A DNA stretch of 64,000 nt from a virus (taxonomy: Duplodnaviria; Heunggongvirae; Uroviricota; Caudoviricetes). Below are positions 1 to 8,104 of this stretch, piece after piece. Where the stretch lies: IMG/VR virus record IMGVR_UViG_3300045049_000270. The stretch is one strand, 5' to 3'. The position numbers and the translations under genes were made by a program. The notes under the pieces are model-generated. The model saw only the letters and a list, made by a program, of their open reading frames with translations, ran no database searches and was not told the origin of the DNA. Position 1 is the first letter of the stretch. Every line of letters begins with the position of its first letter.

Positions 1-1226
1 TCTTCTAAGTAAAAACGACCACGAGCATCAGGACTGGTATTACGAGTATAAGCTTGTACGAATTCTCGAACCATTATTGAGAAATCCTTTTTGATGTGTT
101 CTGGTAATACTCTAACATCCTGGAATTGTGGCCAGCGCAAATATGCAATCATCATAGGGATGCGATTGTATGAATCTTCTGGATTGAAGTCGCAACGTAA
201 TTGCCAAATGTCCTGCAGAAATTTAGTGAATGTTGTAACGCTCAATGCATTGAATGTCACCATAAAGTTTAATCGTGCATTTGTTTCTGTGAGAACCTTA
301 CGGCAATTACTGATGAACTTATCATATTCCATTCCATACCGAATATAATCGGCTTGTTTTCCATGAGCTTCACAACTAGTGTAGATATCGAATGCCTGTA
401 CATGTGGCGCAATCTCATTATGATATTGAATGAGTTTATCGATTAGGTCATCTGGTACTTGTAAGTTGGTATTGATTGCAATCGTGAAGTCTTTCCGTGG
501 GTTGGCTTTCACGTATTCCAGTACCTTCCATGTGTTCTTTGAAAGTAAAGGTTCTCCACCAGTGATTCGGAATGTGTGCAAACTTTGATACAGAGTGGGC
601 CACCATTCCCAGAATGCATCAACATAAGGATTGTTTTCTTTCCTGGGGATTGGCATTTTCCCAGCTTGAGTTAACCATTCAATATTGCCCAATCCATAGC
701 TGGTAGGATACATACCAAAACGTTCAATTTCTTCGGTCCATTTGCTAGAGATATCAGGTGAGCAATACATACATTTGAAGTTACAAGTATTCTCAAAAGC
801 AACCTCCAGGTATGACGGTGTGATATCTGAACCGTTACCACTAGCTATTACTCTATCCATATTTGGATATGCCCAGGTGATATCAGAACTTTTGTATGTT
901 CTATCACTCATGTGATTACCAGGAAGATTTTCTACATTCCAACAATACTGGCATTCAGAAGGACGTTTGCCTGCCAGCATTTCTTCACGAACTTTAATTT
1001 TGAATTCGGTGTTGTGAAGTGCTGATGGCTTCTTCTTGATTTCACTGATGGGAATTTTATGTACTGTTGGATGGTGGCATGAATGGGTGTTGCCATTCAT
1101 CAAATATACGGTGCTTTGTAGCCATTTAGCAAGACACATGGTTGATGAACCGGCCTTTTCTTCTATTTCGGCCATACGGCTTTTCATTCCTTCTACATTT
1201 ATTTGATTTTGTGATTTTTCTGTCAT
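1..1226 (-). CDS. Radical SAM protein with N-terminal Twitch/SPASM-like Cys cluster (3' end runs off the window; absent from ORF track)
   Basis: Manual translation from ATG at 1226, overlapping the upstream TAA: MTEKSQ...CLAKW...HSCHHP...ECQYCW...TCNFKCMYCSP...ITGGEPLL. Contains CxxxCxxC and GGEP motifs; frame stays open to position 1. Confidence 0.9.
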   Translation of the reverse strand, partial: MTEKSQNQINVEGMKSRMAEIEEKAGSSTMCLAKWLQSTVYLMNGNTHSCHHPTVHKIPISEIKKKPSALHNTEFKIKVREEMLAGKRPSECQYCWNVENLPGNHMSDRTYKSSDITWAYPNMDRVIASGNGSDITPSYLEVAFENTCNFKCMYCSPDISSKWTEEIERFGMYPTSYGLGNIEWLTQAGKMPIPRKENNPYVDAFWEWWPTLYQSLHTFRITGGEPLLSKNTWKVLEYVKANPRKDFTIAINTNLQVPDDLIDKLIQYHNEIAPHVQAFDIYTSCEAHGKQADYIRYGMEYDKFISNCRKVLTETNARLNFMVTFNALSVTTFTKFLQDIWQLRCDFNPEDSYNRIPMMIAYLRWPQFQDVRVLPEHIKKDFSIMVREFVQAYTRNTSPDARGRFYLE

Positions 1227-2146
1227 TAGTCGTTTCTCAATTTAAAGCTTTCACGGAAAAAATCGCTTGCCTTTGCGTCTAAAATTGGAAATAGAATTTT
1301 GGTCTGGTTTTCAATGAATTCACCGTGATCTTTGATACGATCGTCAAGGAATTTTTCGTCATATTCCCAACCAGTTGACGTTTGTTTAACTTGGAAAATA
1401 TTTTCCATCTGAGTCTTCCATACCTGGTCAAACCAGTCGTAGTCACGAATGAGAGTATAATCCCAATTTGGATCAAGCATATTTACAAGGCCGAGGCGTG
1501 TACCATATATTGCCCATTTACCATATTCTACATCAGCACCAACACAGGCCCAAATGCGCAAATTTCGAAGATTGATATTGTGAAGTGTTGTCTTCATCTT
1601 ATCAGCAGTAACACGCTGGCCTTGATCTAGGGATAGCTTTACAGCTTCACGAAATCCAACACGGAATGCTTGATATGGACTGCCGTTATTCCAGACTGTG
1701 CTGAATGTTTTGTGAAGATGTGAATAGTCCTCTTCCCAACAGAAATCAACCGCTTTTCGAGGGTCATCACTATTCTCATGCGTATTCATGTTTAACACGA
1801 ATTGCTTTGACCATAGCTTTAAACCACCATTGCCGTACATCAAACCATTTATACCGTTTAGAGCATTCCAACTGAAGCTTTTGTTGATGTCTTTTTCTGG
1901 GTGTAGAGTAACTCGTTGATCAAAGAAATCAGGATGAACAATATTATCAGCATCAACAGTGATAAACCAGTCAGTTTCACTTTGGATAGCGCAAGCTCGA
2001 TGTGCGCTATCGAAGCCTTTTATACCATGTACTCGTTGTGCCCAAGGGCATTTTTCCAAAAGGTCGGCCCAATGCTTTTCGGCATTGGGCTCATCATAAC
2101 TCAAGAAAAATATGTCGAATTGTGTTATTTCACGTACTTGTGTCAT
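1226..2146 (-). CDS. Glycosyltransferase-like protein (GT-A fold)
   Basis: FLSYDEP N-terminus and DxD motif (TVDADN); lies in a cluster of GT-like genes. Confidence 0.65.
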   Translation of the reverse strand: MTQVREITQFDIFFLSYDEPNAEKHWADLLEKCPWAQRVHGIKGFDSAHRACAIQSETDWFITVDADNIVHPDFFDQRVTLHPEKDINKSFSWNALNGINGLMYGNGGLKLWSKQFVLNMNTHENSDDPRKAVDFCWEEDYSHLHKTFSTVWNNGSPYQAFRVGFREAVKLSLDQGQRVTADKMKTTLHNINLRNLRIWACVGADVEYGKWAIYGTRLGLVNMLDPNWDYTLIRDYDWFDQVWKTQMENIFQVKQTSTGWEYDEKFLDDRIKDHGEFIENQTKILFPILDAKASDFFRESFKLRND

Positions 2147-3050
2147 TGTTTACTTTTACGAAAGTCATGGTGTCGGCTAAGGGATAACTCGCCAAGCCAA
2201 ATTCACCAGGAAGGTCTTTCGGCAATTGTAAACTAATCTTCTTGTTTTCCAAAAATGCATCCATGTTTAAAGTCACCTGGCCATACACTACCGTTGGATC
2301 ATGTCTTTTGGTGATAAAAACTGGGCACATCGCAACATTTGGCCACGACACTTTTGTCGAACCCAGAATCTCAAAATCAAGTGTATTCTTTTCACCATTG
2401 ACTGTGACCTTGACGCCAGTCTTAGCATTCTTCTTGATTTTATATTCAGTGAGTTTATTTATTCTTGTGGTAATAGGGCGATGCAAAATACCACGACCAT
2501 TCAAAGATATATCAAAACGATACAGCTTGAATTCACTTCTGGTAAAAAGTGAATAATCTCTGAACTCTGTTTTGATTGGAATGATTACTTTACCTTTCTC
2601 AATCAATTCGGTAACGGAAATGGTAAATTCGTCGACGATATGGGATGGATCATTCTTCTTTGTGAGAATGAAGAACAACTCTTTCGCCTTTACAACATTG
2701 AGGGGTTTACCAATACATTCTCTAGGTATTGAAATTTCAATAACACTATCGGGTACAGATAAAGTGGCAAGTACACATTTGAGGTCTTCATTATTGATTC
2801 TAGTAATTTCAATCATTTGTCCAACATCTACTGGTTCAGCATCAATTGGGTTTCTGGTTAGAGACCAGTTACCACCAGTTTTTATGATATACCAGTCAGC
2901 CATACTGTATTCATTATGGAAAAACTTAAATGCCGTTTCTTGATCCAATTCCATTACTTCGGCATTTGGAAAGTCATCATTCATTTCTAATGGTCCAATC
3001 GAATTAATTTTACCAGTTGAACTGTTGAAATGTGCATAGAAAGTTCTCAT
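2130..3050 (-). CDS. Hypothetical protein with internal tandem domain duplication
   Basis: 306 aa; motif repeated as FFILTKKNDPSHIV and VFITKRHDPTVVY; overlaps both neighbours. Confidence 0.75.
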   Translation of the reverse strand: MRTFYAHFNSSTGKINSIGPLEMNDDFPNAEVMELDQETAFKFFHNEYSMADWYIIKTGGNWSLTRNPIDAEPVDVGQMIEITRINNEDLKCVLATLSVPDSVIEISIPRECIGKPLNVVKAKELFFILTKKNDPSHIVDEFTISVTELIEKGKVIIPIKTEFRDYSLFTRSEFKLYRFDISLNGRGILHRPITTRINKLTEYKIKKNAKTGVKVTVNGEKNTLDFEILGSTKVSWPNVAMCPVFITKRHDPTVVYGQVTLNMDAFLENKKISLQLPKDLPGEFGLASYPLADTMTFVKVNNDTST

Positions 3051-3910
3051 TTCAATTTTTCCTCATATGATTCGATAATCTCGTCAGTAAGAAAAGATTT
3101 ATCATGATAGTGGAGAGGAGAAAGTTGACGATAACGACCAATCTTTAATTCTAAGTCATCAGTAAAATACACACCGATATGCTTAGTCCATTCTTCTGAC
3201 ACCTTTGAATCGTCCCAGTTTTGAAGTTTTGACTTCATATGAACGAAATTGGGGAATTGTCCAACTCCAACACAATCATCCTCACGACCAATTAACCGCA
3301 TAGCCAGAGCAAACACTACATCAGTTGAAACTTCTTTTGGGCGTGGTTCTTCCAGAAATTCGAAGAAGAATTTCTGCCAGTTGTAATAGATAATCTCAGC
3401 CATCTCGAATAATTCTTGAGCTAAATCACTATATTTGAAATACATGAATGCGGTGTAGACATTTGGTAGTTTATTTGCAGTGAAAGTCTTACGATAGAAG
3501 TCACTTGTGACAATTTCACCACGAAATGTCAAAGCAGTAGTAGCAGCAAAGACGTCCTGCTTTGACAGCATTTCCCACCATGAATCAATGTTCTGAAGGA
3601 ACAACATATCGCAATCAAGCTTGATTGTTTCACGATATGGCGTCATGTGATATGCTTTCCATTCGTTCTGTAGTTTCCAATCAGCATCAGCTGCGTTATC
3701 ACCCCAAGGAATTTCGATGATTTCATCAAAAGCCCATTTGTACTTTTTTGGAACTTTATAACCTGGTGTTACACCTATTGCCAGATATGGATTATCAATT
3801 TGCGTGGCTTTCAAACTCAGAGCGAGTGCATACGCCATACGAATGTAATCGTGCGCGCTGTTTTGTGCGAACGTGAAGAAACCTCGTTCTCTTTTGAATT
3901 CTCTACTCAT
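3047..3910 (-). CDS. Glycosyltransferase-like protein (GT-A, GT8-like)
   Basis: TPYRETIKLDCDML DxD motif; FVHMK and LHYH; paralogous to 3910..4803. Confidence 0.7.
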   Translation of the reverse strand: MSREFKRERGFFTFAQNSAHDYIRMAYALALSLKATQIDNPYLAIGVTPGYKVPKKYKWAFDEIIEIPWGDNAADADWKLQNEWKAYHMTPYRETIKLDCDMLFLQNIDSWWEMLSKQDVFAATTALTFRGEIVTSDFYRKTFTANKLPNVYTAFMYFKYSDLAQELFEMAEIIYYNWQKFFFEFLEEPRPKEVSTDVVFALAMRLIGREDDCVGVGQFPNFVHMKSKLQNWDDSKVSEEWTKHIGVYFTDDLELKIGRYRQLSPLHYHDKSFLTDEIIESYEEKLK

Positions 3911-4803
3911 TATTTAGGTCCATAAATCTCAATAAGTTTGTCGGCGTGACGAAGAATCGAATATTTGTTCATAGTATGAACAGTGACATTCTTGACTGTA
4001 TTCAAGGTATATTGCCAATGCTGCTCAGAATTGTTAACCAGAAATGTCAATGCATTTTCCTTAACATTGATCAATTCATCACAATCAAAACTGGACAGAA
4101 TAGTAGATGCTGGGAAACTCTTGATTTCATTGTTCTCAAGAAAGCCATTCAACATATGAATGGCAATGCTGAATGCATAATCATTCCTAAACAGTTTTCC
4201 AGGGAACTCATATACGTATTGATAGTAGTCATATCGTTCACGAATTTGATCTACCAAGTCAAACAGCAATTGCGCACGTTCCCCCTTACGAAAGTACACT
4301 TGTGTGGCCCAATACATTGGAATACCCATGCTATCCAAACGAATTTCATTGATATGCGGCTTTTTGTGTTCTAACGTCAAAACATCTCGATTAACTAAGA
4401 TGTCTTCGTCATTGCCCCAAACCAAGTCGAAAGTATTGTCTTGCACTAACAAATCACTATCAATCATGATTGTTTCGTTGAATGGCGAAAGACTATAAGC
4501 AGAACTGCGGGTGGTATTCAACCAGCTAAGAGTTTTTTCCGTGCTCATGGAGTCACGGAATCTACGCTGCGCCGTATTTGTTTTTACATTTTTGTATTCC
4601 AAAAGCCTGATATGTTGAAACGCATAGGAAACCAACTCCTGACCCACGCTCTGTGCCAACCATTCTATTGTGCCTTGGTCAGTCACCAGACATACATCAT
4701 TATTTTTACAATAAGATTTGAGCATTAGGCTACAACAGAGAGCGATTTTGCCGTAATCGACCTCTTCATTGTTGTGTGCAAAGATGAGGAAACCCTTGCT
4801 CAT
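3910..4803 (-). CDS. Glycosyltransferase-like protein (GT-A, GT8-like)
   Basis: SPFNETIMIDSDLL DxD motif; FRNDYAFSIA; VHTMNK. Confidence 0.7.
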   Translation of the reverse strand: MSKGFLIFAHNNEEVDYGKIALCCSLMLKSYCKNNDVCLVTDQGTIEWLAQSVGQELVSYAFQHIRLLEYKNVKTNTAQRRFRDSMSTEKTLSWLNTTRSSAYSLSPFNETIMIDSDLLVQDNTFDLVWGNDEDILVNRDVLTLEHKKPHINEIRLDSMGIPMYWATQVYFRKGERAQLLFDLVDQIRERYDYYQYVYEFPGKLFRNDYAFSIAIHMLNGFLENNEIKSFPASTILSSFDCDELINVKENALTFLVNNSEQHWQYTLNTVKNVTVHTMNKYSILRHADKLIEIYGPK

Positions 4804-5147
4804 TATTCTGTTGCCTTTGCCACATTTCTGGCCTTACGCAGATCTTCGTAAGCTTGATGATATTCATTTGTGGCTTCAAAATATAAACTAACGATTTCAT
4901 CATAAAAATCCTGCAAATTGGCAATCTTGACTGGATTTTCACGTGAGTCTAGTAGAACGACTTCTGTGACCTCTTTACGCAGAAGAGCATCAATAAATGC
5001 AATCAATTCTTGGGAAACTTTGAATATGCCACCATTATGTGCATATGTGAGAAGATTCTCAAGGCGGAGCTTGAGGTTTTGTTTTTGCTGAAACACGGTT
5101 ACCTTGTAATTCCCGTGCGCCAGTGCTTTTTCTAATCTGTCATCCAT
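4803..5147 (-). CDS. Hypothetical protein
   Basis: 114 aa; GGAG RBS upstream; stop-start coupled to the next gene. Confidence 0.75.
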   Translation of the reverse strand: MDDRLEKALAHGNYKVTVFQQKQNLKLRLENLLTYAHNGGIFKVSQELIAFIDALLRKEVTEVVLLDSRENPVKIANLQDFYDEIVSLYFEATNEYHQAYEDLRKARNVAKATE

Positions 5148-5151
5148 AAGA

Positions 5152-5193
5152 AAACTCCACTTGAAGAATTCAATATTCTAACAAGTGGAGTTT
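5152..5193. terminator. Intergenic hairpin (terminator-like; on the minus strand it also pairs the RBS of 4803..5147)
   Basis: AAACTCCACTTG ... CAAGTGGAGTTT 12-bp inverted repeat. Confidence 0.6.
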
Positions 5194-5209
5194 CTAGATT
5201 GCAAATTGA

Positions 5210-6106
5210 TTAGAAGTTGGTGACGGTAGAGAATGATGGAGAGACAATCCCAGTCATGATTGCCGTTGCTTTATTATAGCTGGCGGTAACATTAGTACCA
5301 GATTGTACTACATCATAGAATGAATTTGCATGTTCATCAGTCAACGAAATTGATACTTGAAAACCATTCGTAATTTTCGTTATGGTAATAGAACAATCAT
5401 TGTTGACATAAGCACCAGTACCAATGTGTGTTCCAGTGAACCATGTTTGAGCTGATGTGGTCAGTCCATAATAACCCAAACTTTGGTTCATAGTGCCAAT
5501 TGTTCCATTCCAAAAAGAAGTAGAGCCGTGTAGACCGATAGTACCAACATTAGTAAGCATTGTGTTCCAATTCTGATCTTGCGTCGTGGATGTATTTGGG
5601 TGGCTCAATACAAAATTAACGGCACCACCAGTATTAAAAAAGAAACGGGCTTGATCTTCAGATCCCCATACAACATTAAACACCGCATTAATAGTCTCGG
5701 GACCAGAAGTATTATTGCCCCAAGTAGTGGCACGAGTATTAGTATACGCTGAGTTGGTAGCCGTCCAGTTACCAGTAGCAATAGTCATTCTATTTGAATT
5801 GATTGTGCTAATGGCATTTGAATATAGGGTGATATCTGATGCCCTAATCAGTTGCCCTGTCGCAAGTGTTGGGCATGTACCAGCAGGAACACTTACGCCG
5901 TAGATTTGTTGCCAACACAAATTAATGTCATTGTACAGAGCATTCCAATCTGCGGCTCTAATGACGTTCCCGATGGTATGTTGCGCGCTCGACACAGCTT
6001 GACCCCAACCAGAACTGCCAGAACCAGTGCCAATAACATTGGCAAGTGTGCTTTGCATCGTGTTGAAGTCTGCTGCGGCGATTAGACCACCTTGAACTAC
6101 TGTCAT
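5210..6106 (-). CDS. Virion structural protein (tail/baseplate-associated)
   Basis: Thr/Gly/Asn-rich, beta-rich; ARFFFNTGG motif; coupled to the tail-fibre gene. Confidence 0.65.
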   Translation of the reverse strand: MTVVQGGLIAAADFNTMQSTLANVIGTGSGSSGWGQAVSSAQHTIGNVIRAADWNALYNDINLCWQQIYGVSVPAGTCPTLATGQLIRASDITLYSNAISTINSNRMTIATGNWTATNSAYTNTRATTWGNNTSGPETINAVFNVVWGSEDQARFFFNTGGAVNFVLSHPNTSTTQDQNWNTMLTNVGTIGLHGSTSFWNGTIGTMNQSLGYYGLTTSAQTWFTGTHIGTGAYVNNDCSITITKITNGFQVSISLTDEHANSFYDVVQSGTNVTASYNKATAIMTGIVSPSFSTVTNF

Positions 6107-7176
6107 TATTTTGCTCCTACAGTAATTTCAAGCAAGCCAATGTCGTCAGTATCTTTATCTGCCAGTGCTCGACCAATGACAACGAATGCATTTCCGTGAA
6201 TATCAGCTGGGTCGGCAGCCATAGCTACACCAGCAAAGCTTGAGGAAACGATACGTTGGCCTTTCCTTACTTTACCGACTACTTTCACAGGAACGCGACC
6301 AACAAGCGCTACGAATGGATGTGTTTCACCAGAGCCTGCTTCTGCATTCATCATATAAGCTGGTGCTGTCGAAATTACACCAAATACATCAGCACAGAAC
6401 GCGCTGGTAGTCATCGTAATTTCTTTTTCACCACCCAACATCACAACATCACCTGCTTCTAGCGGCATGTCAGCTTCATAACGTTCCGCCAAGTCAGCAT
6501 AATTTGCTGATGTGGCGTTGCCTTGGAATGTCACTGCATATACATTTGAGTAACGATTTGATGTACTACCCAGCGAAAACGAATTGTCTGTTGTTGGTAA
6601 GTTTGTTTGGTCGTTACGCATGAAAGCGCTACTACTTGGCACAAACGATGCTGGATTAGAAAATGTATAGCCATTACCGCTAGAATTAACGGTTAGGACA
6701 TATCCAGGAGATCCAACAGATGTAAGTCCAGTACCACCTGATGCAATTGGTGCTGGTGGTGAACCAGATGGTGGATTGTAATACTGTTGAAGAGTCAAAT
6801 AATTCGCAAGTTCAGCTTGCGTAGCTGAATTGGCTTCCAACGCGGCTACAGAAGTTTGAACTTGTTGAAATGCAGCCAATGGTGCATAGTTAGCCAAGTC
6901 AGTTACTTGAGCAACCGTGGACCATGTTGAAGATCCTAGATAGAATTTGATTACATTGTGGCCTGCATCAAACCAAATTTGACCCTTTAATGGATTGGCT
7001 GGTGCATTTGCACTAGCAAAATTGCAGAGCTGTGACAATGTATTTTGCGCGACAGCCAGACCATAGCCTGGTGCCCCTCGACCCAAAAGGGCTAGAGACG
7101 TCAGCGACGTGTTGATCGTAGCGGCTGGAATGGTAAATGAGCCGTTCGCATCATTAGAGATTACATAGTCTGTCAT
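6106..7176 (-). CDS. Tail fibre-like protein with C-terminal intramolecular chaperone (peptidase G2-like) domain
   Basis: N-terminal anchor (NFASANAPANPLKGQIWFD); C-terminal YADLAERYEAD..GDVV..GVIS..GRVPVKVVG motif. Confidence 0.7.
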   Translation of the reverse strand: MTDYVISNDANGSFTIPAATINTSLTSLALLGRGAPGYGLAVAQNTLSQLCNFASANAPANPLKGQIWFDAGHNVIKFYLGSSTWSTVAQVTDLANYAPLAAFQQVQTSVAALEANSATQAELANYLTLQQYYNPPSGSPPAPIASGGTGLTSVGSPGYVLTVNSSGNGYTFSNPASFVPSSSAFMRNDQTNLPTTDNSFSLGSTSNRYSNVYAVTFQGNATSANYADLAERYEADMPLEAGDVVMLGGEKEITMTTSAFCADVFGVISTAPAYMMNAEAGSGETHPFVALVGRVPVKVVGKVRKGQRIVSSSFAGVAMAADPADIHGNAFVVIGRALADKDTDDIGLLEITVGAK

Positions 7177-7230
7177 CTATACTCCGGGGATTCGTATTAT
7201 TGTTTTATTTATTAAAGACTATTTTAACTA

Positions 7231-7833
7231 TTAAACCATTGCGATTCGCACGGTGTAAATGACTTCAATAATACGGTTCAGAGATTTCTGAAACGGATTG
7301 AAAATCACATGAGTTAACAAACGTTTTACACCAGTATTTGGATCATAAGTTTTTAATCCAAGTTCATCAAACGTATATTTGGCGTTGGTTTGAGTAACTG
7401 TATCAAATGCCTCTTGGCCTGCTGGTTCACCATAATTCAGAGTACATGTTACGATGATATCAGTATAAGTATTCCCAGTGATGTGATTGGTGGTGATATT
7501 TGTCTTCGTTGGATCGTCAGTAAAACGAGCGCTTCGATTATTAACGACCTTGAAATAAGTGTCGTTATATAAATCGGCATCCAAACCAGTTGTGTTTGGT
7601 GAATAATAGCTAATAGTGCCAGTGGCAGAAGTAACAGAGCCCCCATTACCAAAATGCATTTCTTCGATAACACCAGTTGAAAAATCTGCCATAGCCAGAG
7701 CAATAGCATTACTGAAGTTTTCATAGTGAATCGCATTCCATTGATCCACGATAATTTCTGGCGTTGGGTCTGTGATATCTCGCACTAGAACGTGGCCAAA
7801 TGTTTCTACTCTGGCTAGGTCAATCTTGCTCAT
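7231..7833 (-). CDS. Virion structural (baseplate-associated) protein
   Basis: 200 aa; FDELGL...LLTHVIF..QKSLNR; located in the baseplate gene block. Confidence 0.65.
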   Translation of the reverse strand: MSKIDLARVETFGHVLVRDITDPTPEIIVDQWNAIHYENFSNAIALAMADFSTGVIEEMHFGNGGSVTSATGTISYYSPNTTGLDADLYNDTYFKVVNNRSARFTDDPTKTNITTNHITGNTYTDIIVTCTLNYGEPAGQEAFDTVTQTNAKYTFDELGLKTYDPNTGVKRLLTHVIFNPFQKSLNRIIEVIYTVRIAMV

Positions 7834-7984
7834 TTGAATCGGAATCCTTTAGGGGTGGATTCTTGGCAGTATTTCTGATATTCACCAAAACCTTACCAGT
7901 TTCCACATCTCGAATGAGTAGATGATCAGTGGCTTGAACACCGGCTGGATCTACTTCTTCTATAATTTGTTTATCTACGTCCAT
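7820..7984 (-). CDS. Small hypothetical protein, 54 aa (below ORF-track cutoff)
   Basis: Manual translation MDVDKQIIEEVDPAGVQATDHLLIRDVETGKVLVNIRNTAKNPPLKDSDSNEQD; core resembles the N-terminus of the downstream ORF (GHVLVRDITDPTPEIIVD). Confidence 0.65.
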   Translation of the reverse strand: MDVDKQIIEEVDPAGVQATDHLLIRDVETGKVLVNIRNTAKNPPLKDSDSNEQD

Positions 7985-8006
7985 ATTTATGTGTTGAATT
8001 AAATGC
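7984..8006 (-). promoter_or_regulatory. Putative late promoter, GCATTTAATT-N6-ATAAATA
   Basis: Same bipartite motif and spacing at 22709-22731 and 29273-29295; core resembles the T4 late promoter TATAAATA. Confidence 0.6.
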
Positions 8007-8061
8007 CAATATAATTAGCTATTAGAACGAAATGTGGTCAGTTTATCAATATTCAAATGAC

Positions 8062-8087
8062 TGGAGGGGAGCATTTACTCCCCTCCA
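8062..8087 (-). terminator. Hairpin after the giant baseplate gene
   Basis: TGGAGGGGAG-catttA-CTCCCCTCCA 10-bp stem just downstream of the stop at 8105. Confidence 0.6.
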
Positions 8088-8104
8088 TATATAGCTAGTC
8101 AGTA

